Assembly (NCBI GenBank): GCA_963703955.1
Contig: CAVPGK010000020.1
Location: 1 to 64,000, forward strand
Source of the DNA: Nitrospirota bacterium
GTDB taxonomy: Bacteria > Nitrospirota > Nitrospiria > Nitrospirales > Nitrospiraceae
Length of the DNA stretch: 64,000 nt
Direction: 5' to 3'
This document shows positions 1 to 10,211 of this stretch, one piece after another. The notes under the pieces were generated by a model. That model saw only the letters and a program-made list of their open reading frames with translations, searched no databases and was not told where the DNA came from. Each line of letters starts with the position of its first letter. Position 1 is the stretch's first letter. A program made the position numbers and the translations under genes.

Positions 1-2
1 TG

Positions 3-524
3 CCGGTCCCGGAATGGTACTTTCTGTTCTACTACGAACTACTCAAGTACGTGCACGGTCCGCTGGAACCGCTCGCGACGTGGGTGCTCCCGGGCCTGTT
101 TATTCTGGTCCTATTGTTTTGGCCTTTCCTGGATTGGAAGAAGACGGTCCGCAATCCGGCCTCCAGGCCCATCGGTATGACCTTGGGCGCCCTCTTCTTA
201 GTGATCGTGTTCTCCTTGCTGGGGATCTCGGTCAAGCAACTTCATGCGGTGAAGCGGGTGGATCCGGCCATCGCGCGCGGAAAAGCCGTGTTTGCGCGAT
301 TCGGTTGCGCCGGCTGTCATCGGGTTCACGGCGAAGGAGGTGCGGTCGGACCCGACCTCTCCTACGTGGGAGACGCTCGTCCCGATCGCCAGTGGCATCT
401 TAAGCACTTCCGCGATCCCCAATCCACATCTCCGGGGTCCATCATGCCGAAATTTCCGCTCACCGAGCCGGAGTTGAACGACCTGACGAGTTACGTCTTG
501 ACGCTCAAACGCTCACCTACTTAA
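3..524 (+). CDS. C-terminal part of a cytochrome b (bc complex subunit IV-like) fused to a monoheme cytochrome c; 5' end lies outside the window
   Basis: Frame is open from base 3 and reads PVPEWYFLFYYELLK (PEWY Qo-site motif), then TM helices, the CAGCH heme motif and GPDLS...PGSIMP. Confidence 0.85.
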   Translation, partial: PVPEWYFLFYYELLKYVHGPLEPLATWVLPGLFILVLLFWPFLDWKKTVRNPASRPIGMTLGALFLVIVFSLLGISVKQLHAVKRVDPAIARGKAVFARFGCAGCHRVHGEGGAVGPDLSYVGDARPDRQWHLKHFRDPQSTSPGSIMPKFPLTEPELNDLTSYVLTLKRSPT

Positions 525-586
525 GACGTGTCAGCGGTCTCTTTCGACCGTTCGCCGTTCACGTTCAACGGGAAAGCGACCTGGTT

Positions 587-1483
587 GTGGTAGGTGGCTC
601 AGGTGAAGGGAGGGACATTGGGCATGTGCGAGCCCCCGAGCCGTTGAGCAATGAACGGCATGTAAGCGAGAAGTCGTGCGATGGAGGCGGTGAAGTGGGA
701 CAGGAATGTGTGAGATCTGCGGCCTGGGCGGGGGTGCTTCTCCTCTTCCTCTTTGTGACGGGCTGCGCCAGTTCGATCTATGGCTGGCAAGTTCGGACCA
801 ATTCGACACCGTTGCCGCCAACGCTTCATCCGGACACCTTGCAACAATCCACCGTCGCGCTATTCTCCGCCGTGGCACTTCCCGCTCTACGAGGAAATGA
901 GGTCGCGCTGGTATATTATCTCGCCGAGATTCTTCATAAAGTTGTTCCGGACTGGAAGGTGGTGTCTCCGCAAGAGACAATGGCACGCATCAATGGCCAA
1001 GGATTGGCCACAGAGTATACGCGGATGCGATTGGATTACGAAGAAAGCAACATCCTTGAGCGGGACTCGCTGCGCAAAATAGGGGCCGCCGTCGGCGCGC
1101 GCTACGTGTTCCAGCCCCGCCTGGCTGCGTTCACCCAGTCCATGACGGATCGATGGCAGGTCCCCGGGTTCGACCTCCGGATATCGCAGACTCGTTCAAG
1201 TGATATGCGGCTCGCGTTGCAACTGTGGGATACGGAGACAGGCGAACTGGTGTGGGGCTCCGTCGCCGAAACGAGCATGCAGAACGAGGCTGTGTCACAA
1301 GATCCGGTGTATTTGGAGGATGTTTCCCGCGCCACATTGGCCAGCATGATCACGGATTTCTTGAATGAAACAACGGTATCGAAATATACGCCGGTGAATA
1401 AATTCCTCAATAACCTGATCCAAGAAGCCATGCCGCAAGAGAAGCCCAGCAAAGGGGAAACGAGCAAGCCGGTCAAGAAATAG
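587..1483 (+). CDS. Putative lipoprotein (true start probably near 695)
   Basis: Hydrophobic stretch ending in lipobox FVTGC; C-terminal LQLWDTETGELVW strand typical of CsgG/LpoB/TolB_N-like lipoproteins. Confidence 0.65.
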   Translation: MVGGSGEGRDIGHVRAPEPLSNERHVSEKSCDGGGEVGQECVRSAAWAGVLLLFLFVTGCASSIYGWQVRTNSTPLPPTLHPDTLQQSTVALFSAVALPALRGNEVALVYYLAEILHKVVPDWKVVSPQETMARINGQGLATEYTRMRLDYEESNILERDSLRKIGAAVGARYVFQPRLAAFTQSMTDRWQVPGFDLRISQTRSSDMRLALQLWDTETGELVWGSVAETSMQNEAVSQDPVYLEDVSRATLASMITDFLNETTVSKYTPVNKFLNNLIQEAMPQEKPSKGETSKPVKK

Positions 1484-1665
1484 TGGAGTGAAACAGGCAA
1501 CGAGGCATAGTCACGGCCGCCGTTGACCTTTTCTTACTGACCGATGTAGAGTGCGGCTCTCCTCAGGAGAGCCTGACTCTCCTCTAGTGGCATTGATGAA
1601 CGTCATGACGCCCTGGCGGCAGAGGTGATCTCGTACGGTTCGCCTCCACAACCAATGGAGATTCT

Positions 1666-2218
1666 ATGATTATGCGACACATCGTCCCATTCGTCGCGAC
1701 GACGCTCTTCACGCTACAAGCTTGCACGAGCATCGATGTGAAGACGGACTTCGATCCCTCGGCGGATTTCAGCAAGTTCCACACCTTTGCGTTCGCAGGG
1801 CTGACGGACATTAACAGAGGCGGCATCCTCGATCATTCCGTGATGCGTAAACGGATGGAGTCGATCGTGGGACGCGAGCTCGAAAGTAAGGGACTCCAGC
1901 AAGTCGGAATTGATCAAAATCCAGACCTCTTGGTCCACTATTGGGTCGGCATCGAAGAGAAGCAGCAGATCCAGAGTTTCGGGCCGGCTGGACCCACGGG
2001 CCTGTCGATGGGGAGGTGGATATGGCGGCATGACCACCTCCGATTATAAGGAAGGGACTCTCGTCGTTGATCTCGTCGAGACCCGCAAGAAGGAATCGGC
2101 CTGGCGCGCGACGATGGTCGCGGACCTGGAAGATTCTACCCAGGACAACATGGAATTGGTCAACAAAGCCATTACCAAGGCATTTAAGGAGTACCCGCCG
2201 ACCAAGAGCGCGCCGTAG
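1666..2218 (+). pseudogene. DUF4136-like lipoprotein split by one frameshift near 1975-2008 (pseudogene or sequence error)
   Basis: ORF 1666-2049 has lipobox LQAC and DFDPSADFSKFHTFAF; the overlapping frame supplies YKEGTLVVDLVE...W...IT.AF..YPP. Confidence 0.7.
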
Positions 2219-2336
2219 CACTGGGGCTGCACGCGCTTTTTGTGCAAGCTGCAATCATTGTGCGCCACGCTCGACAGGGGTCTTCACCCGCGCCTGCGAG
2301 CGCCGACAGAAGATGCGGTTTGCCGAGCGAAAGGAG

Positions 2337-3030
2337 ATGAGAATGGAGCGCACGGAGGAAAAGCCAGCACGGCCGGTGCCGACCACGGAAGGCCCAGCCA
2401 TACTCTCGAGAAGCGAGGCGCTCCAGCGCTGGATCGAGACGATCTCTACCGTCCTGCTCGCGGTGACAGCGCTGGCGATCGCTTGGAGCAGCCATCAGGC
2501 GACACGTTGGTACCGCGTCCAGTTCAGCAAAAAACGGCCAGGTGGGTGGGCTGCGCCTTGAAGCGACGCGCACATTGATGACGGCCAGCCAGATGCAAGG
2601 GATCGACGTCGGTCTGTTCACGAACTGGCTCAATGCCTATGCCGCCGGCAGCACGGAACTCGAGACATTCTACCGCGAACGGTTTCGCGCCGAGTTCAAG
2701 CCGGCCTTCGAGGCGTGGCTCAAGACTCAACCCCGGAGGAATCCTCACGCTGCCCCCAGCCCATTCCACTTGCCCGAATACCGGTTGGCCCTCAACGACA
2801 AGGCGGCGCAACTCGAAGAGGAAGCCGCACAGATCTCCCAAGAAGCACGGGCAGCCGCCCAACAGAGCGATGATTACATGCTCAATGACGTTATCCTCGC
2901 CAGCGTGCTGTTCTTTGTCGGCATCGCCCAGCAGATCAAATGGCTCCCCCCCCGGGTCACGATATTAGTCCTGGCCGCAATCCTGTGCCTCCTCGGACTG
3001 TACAACATCGTGATATATGGCTTCGTCTGA
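2337..3030 (+). pseudogene. Membrane protein split by a frameshift at the A6 run 2529-2534
   Basis: N-half TM IETISTVLLAVTALAIAWS joins the C-half (GLFTNWLNAY...SPFHLPEY, two TMs) if one A is removed. Confidence 0.65.
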
Positions 3031-3085
3031 TCGGGCAGTTCAGCATTGTCTTATCCCGAGGGCGCGCTATGAGAGATCGTCAAGG

Positions 3086-3637
3086 TTAGAGCGCCTTCGC
3101 CTCTTGCGCGCCCTGAAGGAGTTGTGAGATGCATGTCTTGGTCGCTTCCTGAATGATCACTGTGTTATTCATCAAGTCCTTGGGCTTCGTGGAGCGGCAG
3201 GACACTGTACGGGTGTCCACCACGCGGTTGCCATCGCGTATGACATAGGTCACGCTCATGTCAAACGTGATATCACCAACATCAACCCAATCGAGGTAGA
3301 AGCGATCAATCCGACCTGTAAGTGAGCGTTCTGTTTGAGGGGTAATCTGATACCCCGAATGAACCAATTCGCGTTTCAACGCGTCGGTGAAAAACGAAGC
3401 CACCTCCTGCGAAAGATAGACTGATCCGGCCGCACGAGGGTTGAGCTGTACCTGCTTCGCGCGCACTTCCCCTTTTTCAAAAGGGGTATAGCTGAAGCTC
3501 TCGATCTGAATCGTTCCCTGCCCCCTCAAGACATTGGTGGGCTGGTAGTCAAGGCTGAGGATCCGGGGGCAGCCGGACAAGACCAGAAGGAATGGGAGTA
3601 GCGCGAGCGACAAACAAGTGGAATAACGGTCGTTCAA
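3086..3637 (-). CDS. Hypothetical lipoprotein
   Basis: Lipobox VLSGC; 183 aa alpha/beta pattern. Confidence 0.65.
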   Translation of the reverse strand: MNDRYSTCLSLALLPFLLVLSGCPRILSLDYQPTNVLRGQGTIQIESFSYTPFEKGEVRAKQVQLNPRAAGSVYLSQEVASFFTDALKRELVHSGYQITPQTERSLTGRIDRFYLDWVDVGDITFDMSVTYVIRDGNRVVDTRTVSCRSTKPKDLMNNTVIIQEATKTCISQLLQGAQEAKAL

Positions 3638-3759
3638 GGGAAACCTTATCTCTTGAAACTTCTCAACTCGTTAGGTATTTTGGTGGCCTCAAGGTACCAC
3701 CGAAGAAAATGTCTGTCGAGTCTATTCCCTGCGGCGAGATTTCTGAAGGAACGAGAGTG

Positions 3760-4956
3760 ATGAAACTCCCGCGTGTCGGGGTCACGTTGCTGGCAGTGTC
3801 CTGTTTCCTTAGTGGATGCACGAGTGCCTCTGTCCAGAGCACGGGTCCTGACCCGACAGCCGAACCATTTAAGCGGTTCAGTGTCCTGACGTACAACACG
3901 CTCCATGGGTTGGCGGCAAGCCGCTTTTGGGTGACGCCAGGCGAATCGAAAGATGAGCGGGCGGCGCGATTCAAGGTGCAATTCGAGCAGTTGGCCCGCG
4001 CGCAACCTGAAGTGATTCTGCTCCAAGAGGTCAATCCGTTACCGGAGATGGCTGAGGCTTATGTGGAGGGCCTGAGAAACCATGGTCTTGAGTACGCCCA
4101 AGTTCATCAAGTGGATGCGTGCGGCGTGCGTCTGGCCCCAGGTTTCGCTGTGGTCCCCGGATTAAACAATGGGCTTGCCGTCGTCGCGAAAGCCCCTCTG
4201 CAACTTCGCAAGCTGGAGGGTCTCAAGCTCAGCGGCGGGTTCGGCGGATGCTACGATTTCATGGGCATGCAAACTGGCGAAATGCGCTATGCGCTGATTG
4301 CGGAGGTCGAAAATCCTGCGACCAAGAAGAAGCTTCTGGCGGTCAGCTTGCATTTGCACTCTGGGATCGAGCGGGATCAATACTTCATCCAAAGAATGAC
4401 TGAGGCCGAGAAGGAGGGACGAATTCAGCATGACGACTATCAAGAAATTCTGGCCGCTTTGACAGAAGACCAAGAGCGGAGGCTCGGGGAATTGCGCATG
4501 CTGGTCGATGAATTACACAGGCTCCATGCTGAAGAACGTTATGCCGGCGTGATCATCGGGGGTGATTTCAACTTCGAACCAGGTTCGCCTGAATATCGAG
4601 AATTGGAACGGGCCGGATTGAGGGATACCTATGTGATCGCCCGCTCCAGCAGCCAGCTGTACACCTATGATCCACAGCAAAATCCAATCGCCATCCATGA
4701 GGAGGTCACAATACCCGCCGCTCTGACCCGAGCCATTCGGAATATGCCCCCAAGCGAACAGCAGAAGGTCATCGAGGCCTACCGTAAAGGCATCAGCCAG
4801 GCGAGACGAATCGATTTTCTGTTCGCGATGTCGGCGCAGCTGAAGACTTGCGTTAAGCAAGAGCTTTTCGGACAGCCGAGTGCGGTCCCTGTCCATACGG
4901 GGTCGGACCATTACGGGGTCCTCGACACCTACATCCTCGACCCCGGGCAATGTTAA
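3760..4956 (+). CDS. Endonuclease/exonuclease/phosphatase (EEP) family lipoprotein
   Basis: Motifs VLTYN, LLQEV, HLHS, GGDFN, RIDFLF, SDHYGV; lipobox FLSGC. Confidence 0.85.
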   Translation: MKLPRVGVTLLAVSCFLSGCTSASVQSTGPDPTAEPFKRFSVLTYNTLHGLAASRFWVTPGESKDERAARFKVQFEQLARAQPEVILLQEVNPLPEMAEAYVEGLRNHGLEYAQVHQVDACGVRLAPGFAVVPGLNNGLAVVAKAPLQLRKLEGLKLSGGFGGCYDFMGMQTGEMRYALIAEVENPATKKKLLAVSLHLHSGIERDQYFIQRMTEAEKEGRIQHDDYQEILAALTEDQERRLGELRMLVDELHRLHAEERYAGVIIGGDFNFEPGSPEYRELERAGLRDTYVIARSSSQLYTYDPQQNPIAIHEEVTIPAALTRAIRNMPPSEQQKVIEAYRKGISQARRIDFLFAMSAQLKTCVKQELFGQPSAVPVHTGSDHYGVLDTYILDPGQC

Positions 4957-5060
4957 TGCGCATCGGCTTTCCGACTTCCATAACCGCGCACGGACGTTGT
5001 CGCGCTTCTTCCGTTGTGCCCAAGCAATTGGGCAACCTAATATTTAGCCTTGTTCACATC

Positions 5061-5089
5061 TTGCTAATCTGAAGCAGTATCTTTACACT
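5061..5089 (+). promoter_or_regulatory. Putative sigma70 promoter of the sulfotransferase operon
   Basis: TTGCTA-17-TACACT; an inverted repeat TGCCCAA-gcaa-TTGGGCA lies just upstream. Confidence 0.45.
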
Positions 5090-5104
5090 CCCGCGAGCGC
5101 ACAA

Positions 5105-6421
5105 ATGAGTGATGGATTGGTACAGGATAACGTGAAACGAGGCTTCGCGAGAGAACATCCACGAGAACGCGGAACGGGGTCCAAACGGCCGTATCCCCTG
5201 AGCCTCCTTCGAGGGGTCAACGCGATTGCCGCGAGGTGGAGTCGCGTGAGGGGCCCGTTGGTCCGGATGGGTTTCGAGCAGGTCCTGGAAACGGCGTGTC
5301 GGCAGACCGGACTCAGAGAATTCGGTGATCCCCGGTTCTATGAACCCCTTCGCATTCTCTTGAACGCTTTCGACACCGAAGCGAACTTGACGTTTATCGG
5401 TCGTCTGGCGATGCGCCATGACGTGCTGCGTTTGCTGAGCAACCGACTGCGGCTCGTTGAGGATCGTCGTCGCTATCCGGAAATCGCGGCCCAGCCGATC
5501 AGGCAACCGATTTTCATCGTGGGGTTGCCACGGACGGGGTCGACGCTTCTGCACAATCTCCTGGGTCAAGATCCTCGGAATCGTGTCCCTTTTACCTGGG
5601 AGGTCATGTTTCCGTCACCGCCTCCGCTGAGTGACCGAAATCATGATTCTCCGCGCATCGGCGCGACCCGGAAGCTCTTGGACGCGTTCGATCGCCTGGT
5701 GCCGGAGTTCAAACGCGTTCACCCGATGAGGGCGGACTTGCCGACCGAATGCGTCTCGATCATGACCCATGCCTTTGCGAGCTATCAGTTCCAAACCCCG
5801 TGCCACATCCCCTCGTATCAACAATGGCTTGCCCATGCGGATCTGAGGCCGGCGTATGAGTGTCACCGGGAGGTCTTGCAGCATTTGCAATGGCGTTGTC
5901 GTGGAGAACGATGGGTTCTGAAGGCGCCTGCCCACACGTTCGAGCTGGAGGCGCTGATCGCTTGCTATCCCGATGCTCGCTTCATTCAAACTCACCGCGA
6001 CCCGATACAGGTGATCGGATCCGTCAGCAGCTTGGATGCGATCCTACGAGGCGCCTTCAGTGATGACATCCATCTCGAGCGCATCGGCTCTGAGGCCGTT
6101 GAGCAATGGACTGAAGCCGCATCCCGCGTGATCGCAGCCCGCGATCACGACCTAGAGAGCCGCTTTCATGATGTGTACTATTCCGACCTCGTTCGGGAGC
6201 CGATCGAGACGGTTCGACGACTCTATGCCCGTCTCGGCTTCGCGTGGTCGGAGGAGGTCGAAACACGGATGGGACGGTTTCTCGTCGAACATCAACAAGA
6301 CGGCAACGGGGTGCACCGGTACTCTCTCGCTCAATTCGGATTGACCCCTGAAATGATTTCAGACCGCTTTCATCATTATTATCGGCGGTTCAAGTTGATT
6401 CCAAATGGCAACGGCGGCTGA
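5105..6421 (+). CDS. PAPS-dependent sulfotransferase
   Basis: 5'-PSB loop IFIVGLPRTGSTLLHNLL, WVLKAPAH and 3'-PB motif HRDP...S. Confidence 0.9.
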   Translation: MSDGLVQDNVKRGFAREHPRERGTGSKRPYPLSLLRGVNAIAARWSRVRGPLVRMGFEQVLETACRQTGLREFGDPRFYEPLRILLNAFDTEANLTFIGRLAMRHDVLRLLSNRLRLVEDRRRYPEIAAQPIRQPIFIVGLPRTGSTLLHNLLGQDPRNRVPFTWEVMFPSPPPLSDRNHDSPRIGATRKLLDAFDRLVPEFKRVHPMRADLPTECVSIMTHAFASYQFQTPCHIPSYQQWLAHADLRPAYECHREVLQHLQWRCRGERWVLKAPAHTFELEALIACYPDARFIQTHRDPIQVIGSVSSLDAILRGAFSDDIHLERIGSEAVEQWTEAASRVIAARDHDLESRFHDVYYSDLVREPIETVRRLYARLGFAWSEEVETRMGRFLVEHQQDGNGVHRYSLAQFGLTPEMISDRFHHYYRRFKLIPNGNGG

Positions 6422-6461
6422 ACCGAGGTCTCATGGCTAGCCGCCGAACAAGGAGGTTTTC

Positions 6462-7040
6462 ATGAATGTCGGTATGGAGTCCGAAGGCTACACCATTTGG
6501 CTGACCGGGCTTCCCTGCTCGGGAAAGAGTACGCTTGCCAAGTTTCTACGAGCCGAATTACAAGCCTTCGGCGTCACGGCGGCGATTCTGGATGGGGACG
6601 AGGTCCGACAGTGGCTGACCAAGGGGTTGGGATTTTCAAGAGAAGACCGGCGAGAGAATAATAGGAGGATTGCTCACGTCGCCAAGCTATTGACGCGGGC
6701 CGGAGCGGTGGCGATCGTCGCTGCGATTTCCCCGTATCGTGACGCGCGAGAGGAAGCCCGGACCATTACCGGACAGTTCGTCGAGGTCTACGTGAGGTGT
6801 CCAGTGAAGGTCTGCATGGAACGAGATGTCAAGGGCATGTACTTAAAAGCGCTTTCCGGGGAATTGTCCAATTTTACCGGCGTCAGCGATTCGTATGAGC
6901 CTCCGGCAAGACCGGAGGTTATCGTGGACACTGATCGGCAATCGGTTCAGGACTGCCTCCAACTCATTCTCGAGAGGCTGGCCATGGGGAACTATCTTCG
7001 CACTGCCGCTACCAAAGAGTCCTGGACACCATCCATATGA
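6462..7040 (+). CDS. cysC: Adenylyl-sulfate (APS) kinase
   Basis: WLTGLPCSGKST P-loop, LDGDEVR, ISPY, RDVKGMY, FTGVSDSYEPP. Confidence 0.95.
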   Translation: MNVGMESEGYTIWLTGLPCSGKSTLAKFLRAELQAFGVTAAILDGDEVRQWLTKGLGFSREDRRENNRRIAHVAKLLTRAGAVAIVAAISPYRDAREEARTITGQFVEVYVRCPVKVCMERDVKGMYLKALSGELSNFTGVSDSYEPPARPEVIVDTDRQSVQDCLQLILERLAMGNYLRTAATKESWTPSI

Positions 7041-7174
7041 AGCCTAAGCAGAGACCGATTTTTCAACAGGGAATCTCGTGACATCCCAGGTGATGACAAT
7101 CTTGGCGGCTGTCGTGATCGGCTGCGCGAGGCCGACGTCCGGCCTCATCGGATCGAACGCGCCATTCCTCTACC

Positions 7175-8236
7175 GTGATGAATGATCAAAGAAACGCTGT
7201 CTTAGAAGCGGTCGGCGCGCCGGAGGGGCACTGGCGGACGCTGTTCGGTGACACGCCGGTCGCCCGAATGCTTCTTCTCGGCGGAACGGCGCTGTTTGCC
7301 CTCGTCATATGGAAGACAGGGGTCGCCTCGATCGCCGCGCAGTTGGATGCTATGAGCTGGCGACTTCCCTTGGTCGTTCTGCCTTATGCGCTCGGAGCCG
7401 CGTTCGATACGCTCGGCTGGTGGTACTCGTTTCCTCATCCCGGCTGTCCGTTGCGCTACAACGAACTGTTTCAGCTCCGGCTCGCGGCCAAAGCCATTCA
7501 GGAAACGACTCCGGCGCTCGCGCAAATCGGTGAAGTGGTCAAGATATATCTGCTCAGAGTCACGCGTGCCGCTTGGCCCATGGCCGTGGCCTCGGTCATC
7601 GCGGCGAAGACCTCGATCAGCGTCGCCCAACTCATGTTTATCTTCGCCGGCCTGCTCCTTGTTCCTCGACTGGTACCGGAAGCCCGAGAGCTTTTGCCTG
7701 AAGCCTGGAGCGGATTGCTGGTGGTAGGATTGCTGCTCATCGGTGTCCTGGTATGGCAGCGATTCGGGTTCTTTCAGCCGTTGATCAGGCTGGGTCGCAG
7801 CGCGAGGCTTCTCACTCCGATCTTGTCTCGGTACGAAGGCCGACTCCGAGCCGCCGACGACATGCTCGCGAAATTTCTGCGCGAGCAGTCGAGAGATTTC
7901 TGGCGCTCCTGTGCATGGCATTTTCTCGGATGGGTGGCGGGAGCTCTAGAAGGGTGGATCATCCTCGTCTTGCTCAATGTGCCTGTCGACCTCCTGACCG
8001 CGTTTGTCATCGAGGTGCTTGTTCTGATCGTACAGGGAACGACCGGATTTATTCCGGCGAATCTGGGAGTGCTCGAAGCGGGCACGATGGCGATCTTCGC
8101 GTGGCTCGGTTATCCCGCGGAGACTGCGATCACCTTCGCGCTCCTGCGCCGCCTGCGACAGATCGTGTGGGTTGCGGTAGGTCTGAGCTTTCTGCGCCGT
8201 CTCCTTCGCGTTGACCGATGCGCCGTGCTCAGCTAG
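7175..8236 (+). CDS. Lysylphosphatidylglycerol synthase TM / UPF0104 flippase-like membrane protein
   Basis: About 8 TMs, TP.LAQIGEVVK and FIPANLGVLEAG motifs, LLRRLR near the C-terminus. Confidence 0.8.
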   Translation: MMNDQRNAVLEAVGAPEGHWRTLFGDTPVARMLLLGGTALFALVIWKTGVASIAAQLDAMSWRLPLVVLPYALGAAFDTLGWWYSFPHPGCPLRYNELFQLRLAAKAIQETTPALAQIGEVVKIYLLRVTRAAWPMAVASVIAAKTSISVAQLMFIFAGLLLVPRLVPEARELLPEAWSGLLVVGLLLIGVLVWQRFGFFQPLIRLGRSARLLTPILSRYEGRLRAADDMLAKFLREQSRDFWRSCAWHFLGWVAGALEGWIILVLLNVPVDLLTAFVIEVLVLIVQGTTGFIPANLGVLEAGTMAIFAWLGYPAETAITFALLRRLRQIVWVAVGLSFLRRLLRVDRCAVLS

Positions 8237-9423
8237 TTCTTCTCGCTTCTCTCGCCGCGCTTCTGCTGAACTGGCCCGAATCGGAGTCTCTCGCCGCAGA
8301 GAGCAAGACCACCGTGATCCCGATTCCCGTGATTCCCGCTTCGAAGAATGAAGGCGCCAGCTTCGGCACCTTTGTTCCGATCTTCAGAACCGATTCGGAA
8401 GGTCAGATCCAGGATTTGATCATGCCGCTGCTGCTCTACAACCAAGACCTTTTCGGAGTCAAAGTGGGCATGAACTATTTCAAGTATTGGCCGAACGAGC
8501 GTGTCCTCAAATTGACGGGCACGTATGGGACGAAGATCGAGCGGCGGCTCCGTCTGGACTATCTCGATCGGAACTTCTCCGGAGGCCGCCACGTGCTGGA
8601 CATCAACCTTGAGATGGATAAGACCGCCTCGGAGCGCTTTTTTGGATTCACCCAACAGAGCCTTCTGTCCGACCAAACGAACTACACCTTGCGTGAGATC
8701 CGGGCTCGTGTCGCATTCGGCTGGAAATTCCCTTCGCTCTGGATCGTCGGGTTGCAGGAGCTCTTTCGCGATGATGCCGTGCAACCCGGCGCCTTTAACG
8801 ACGAGTTTCCCTTCACCGCATCGTTCTTTCCCACCGTGCCGGGCGTCGATGGCGCGACGCTGCTCAGTCACCGGGTCTGGGCCCTTTATGACACCCGCGA
8901 TAGCTGGTTTTCGCCTACGCATGGAACCTACGTATCGCTGATCGGCGAAGGCACCCAGGGCATCCGGGGGGCCGGCGCCTTTTATACGCGTTATGGAATT
9001 GATGCTCGACACCTGTTTCCGCTTTGGGAACAGCGAGTGATCGTGGCGGCACGAGGCCTGCTTCAATCGGTCGGTGGGCCGGACATCCCGTTCTTCGACC
9101 GATCCCGCCTCGGGGGCGAGAACACCCTCAGGGGGTTTGGACGTGACCGGTTTATCGACGACACGGCGGTCGCGCTGAACGTGGAAGCACGCATTCGCGT
9201 ATTCACAGCCCGCCTGTTCAAGGCCGTTGAGGACCTGGAAGTTGCCCCGTTCGTGGACATGGGCCGTGTCATGGGGTCTTATCGAGATTTCTTTCAGGGC
9301 TATGCGGTCAACCCGGGAATCGGTGTCCGCGTGGTGGCCCGACCCTATATCGTCGCACGCGTGGATGTCGGATACGGCAAAGAAGGGGGGGCAGTCTTTG
9401 CGGGCATCTATTATCCGTACTGA
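8218..9423 (+). CDS. Omp85 (BamA/TamA) family barrel without POTRA domains
   Basis: Signal peptide; YDTRDSWFSPTHG; LGGENTLRGFGRDRF loop-6 motif; aromatic C-terminal strand GIYYPY. Confidence 0.85.
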   Translation: MRRAQLVLLASLAALLLNWPESESLAAESKTTVIPIPVIPASKNEGASFGTFVPIFRTDSEGQIQDLIMPLLLYNQDLFGVKVGMNYFKYWPNERVLKLTGTYGTKIERRLRLDYLDRNFSGGRHVLDINLEMDKTASERFFGFTQQSLLSDQTNYTLREIRARVAFGWKFPSLWIVGLQELFRDDAVQPGAFNDEFPFTASFFPTVPGVDGATLLSHRVWALYDTRDSWFSPTHGTYVSLIGEGTQGIRGAGAFYTRYGIDARHLFPLWEQRVIVAARGLLQSVGGPDIPFFDRSRLGGENTLRGFGRDRFIDDTAVALNVEARIRVFTARLFKAVEDLEVAPFVDMGRVMGSYRDFFQGYAVNPGIGVRVVARPYIVARVDVGYGKEGGAVFAGIYYPY

Positions 9424-9779
9424 TCGGATCTCAGGGCTCCGGACAACCGTCCCGTTCCCTGGCTTCCCGGATCGTGAGCAGTCTGGCTTCTCAGCCGGAC
9501 GTCGAAGGAGGGTGCGTTGCTTGTTTCTCCTGCGGGTCAAAACGGGTTTTCGATGGACCGACTGGTCAAGACCCCAGCACGCGCATGGAGCAAGGGTAGG
9601 CTGGGAATAAAGCCGTTGCAGGGATTGACGGACCCCGCAGCATCTGCCAGGCTCGATGCTGCGGGAAGATGACTCATTCAGGCCCGATCGCCGCGACTAT
9701 GAAGGATCGGGAGTTCCCAAGCGGCGTGCACGGGCAAACGCAACGACCCTTCGCTGCACCATCTAAACCTATCGCTGAT

Positions 9780-10211
9780 TTACTTAAATAGCGATCCAAA
9801 CAGGTTCTTGACGGAATCGCCTCCAGCCTTTCCGACAATGTCACCGAGCGTCTTGTTGAATTTGCCGGTCATCTCGGAGCCCATGCCTAATCGTGAGTAT
9901 GCCGTTTCCAGGCCCGCCTTATCCGTAATGGGGCCTTTGACCGCGCCGAGATCTTTCGCTGATTGCATGAACTCGTCCGATCCCGGAATAACCTTCGCCA
10001 GGGAGTTGAAGTCGGTGCCGCTGAGCTTGTTCTGGGCGTAATTGAGAGTGGACCCGACGCCTCCGTTCGCTTGGTTTGCTGTCACGCCGAGCTGGCTGGT
10101 GAGCATGTTCACGAGTGAATCGGCGCTCCCTATGGCCCCCATTGTCGCGCAACCCGAGAACAGAAACGCGACCAGCACAACCGGTCGTGTAAGAAGTGAT
10201 AGACGATGCAT
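9780..10211 (-). CDS. DUF2780-like lipoprotein
   Basis: Lipobox FSGC; LTSQLGVT.NQA.GG.G and AYSRLGM motifs. Confidence 0.75.
   Translation of the reverse strand: MHRLSLLTRPVVLVAFLFSGCATMGAIGSADSLVNMLTSQLGVTANQANGGVGSTLNYAQNKLSGTDFNSLAKVIPGSDEFMQSAKDLGAVKGPITDKAGLETAYSRLGMGSEMTGKFNKTLGDIVGKAGGDSVKNLFGSLFK

Noticed and set aside
7090..7185. Tiny lipoprotein-like ORF (MTILAAVVIGC...) between cysC and the flippase
   Set aside because: About 30 codons with a weak ribosome-binding site; cannot be supported.
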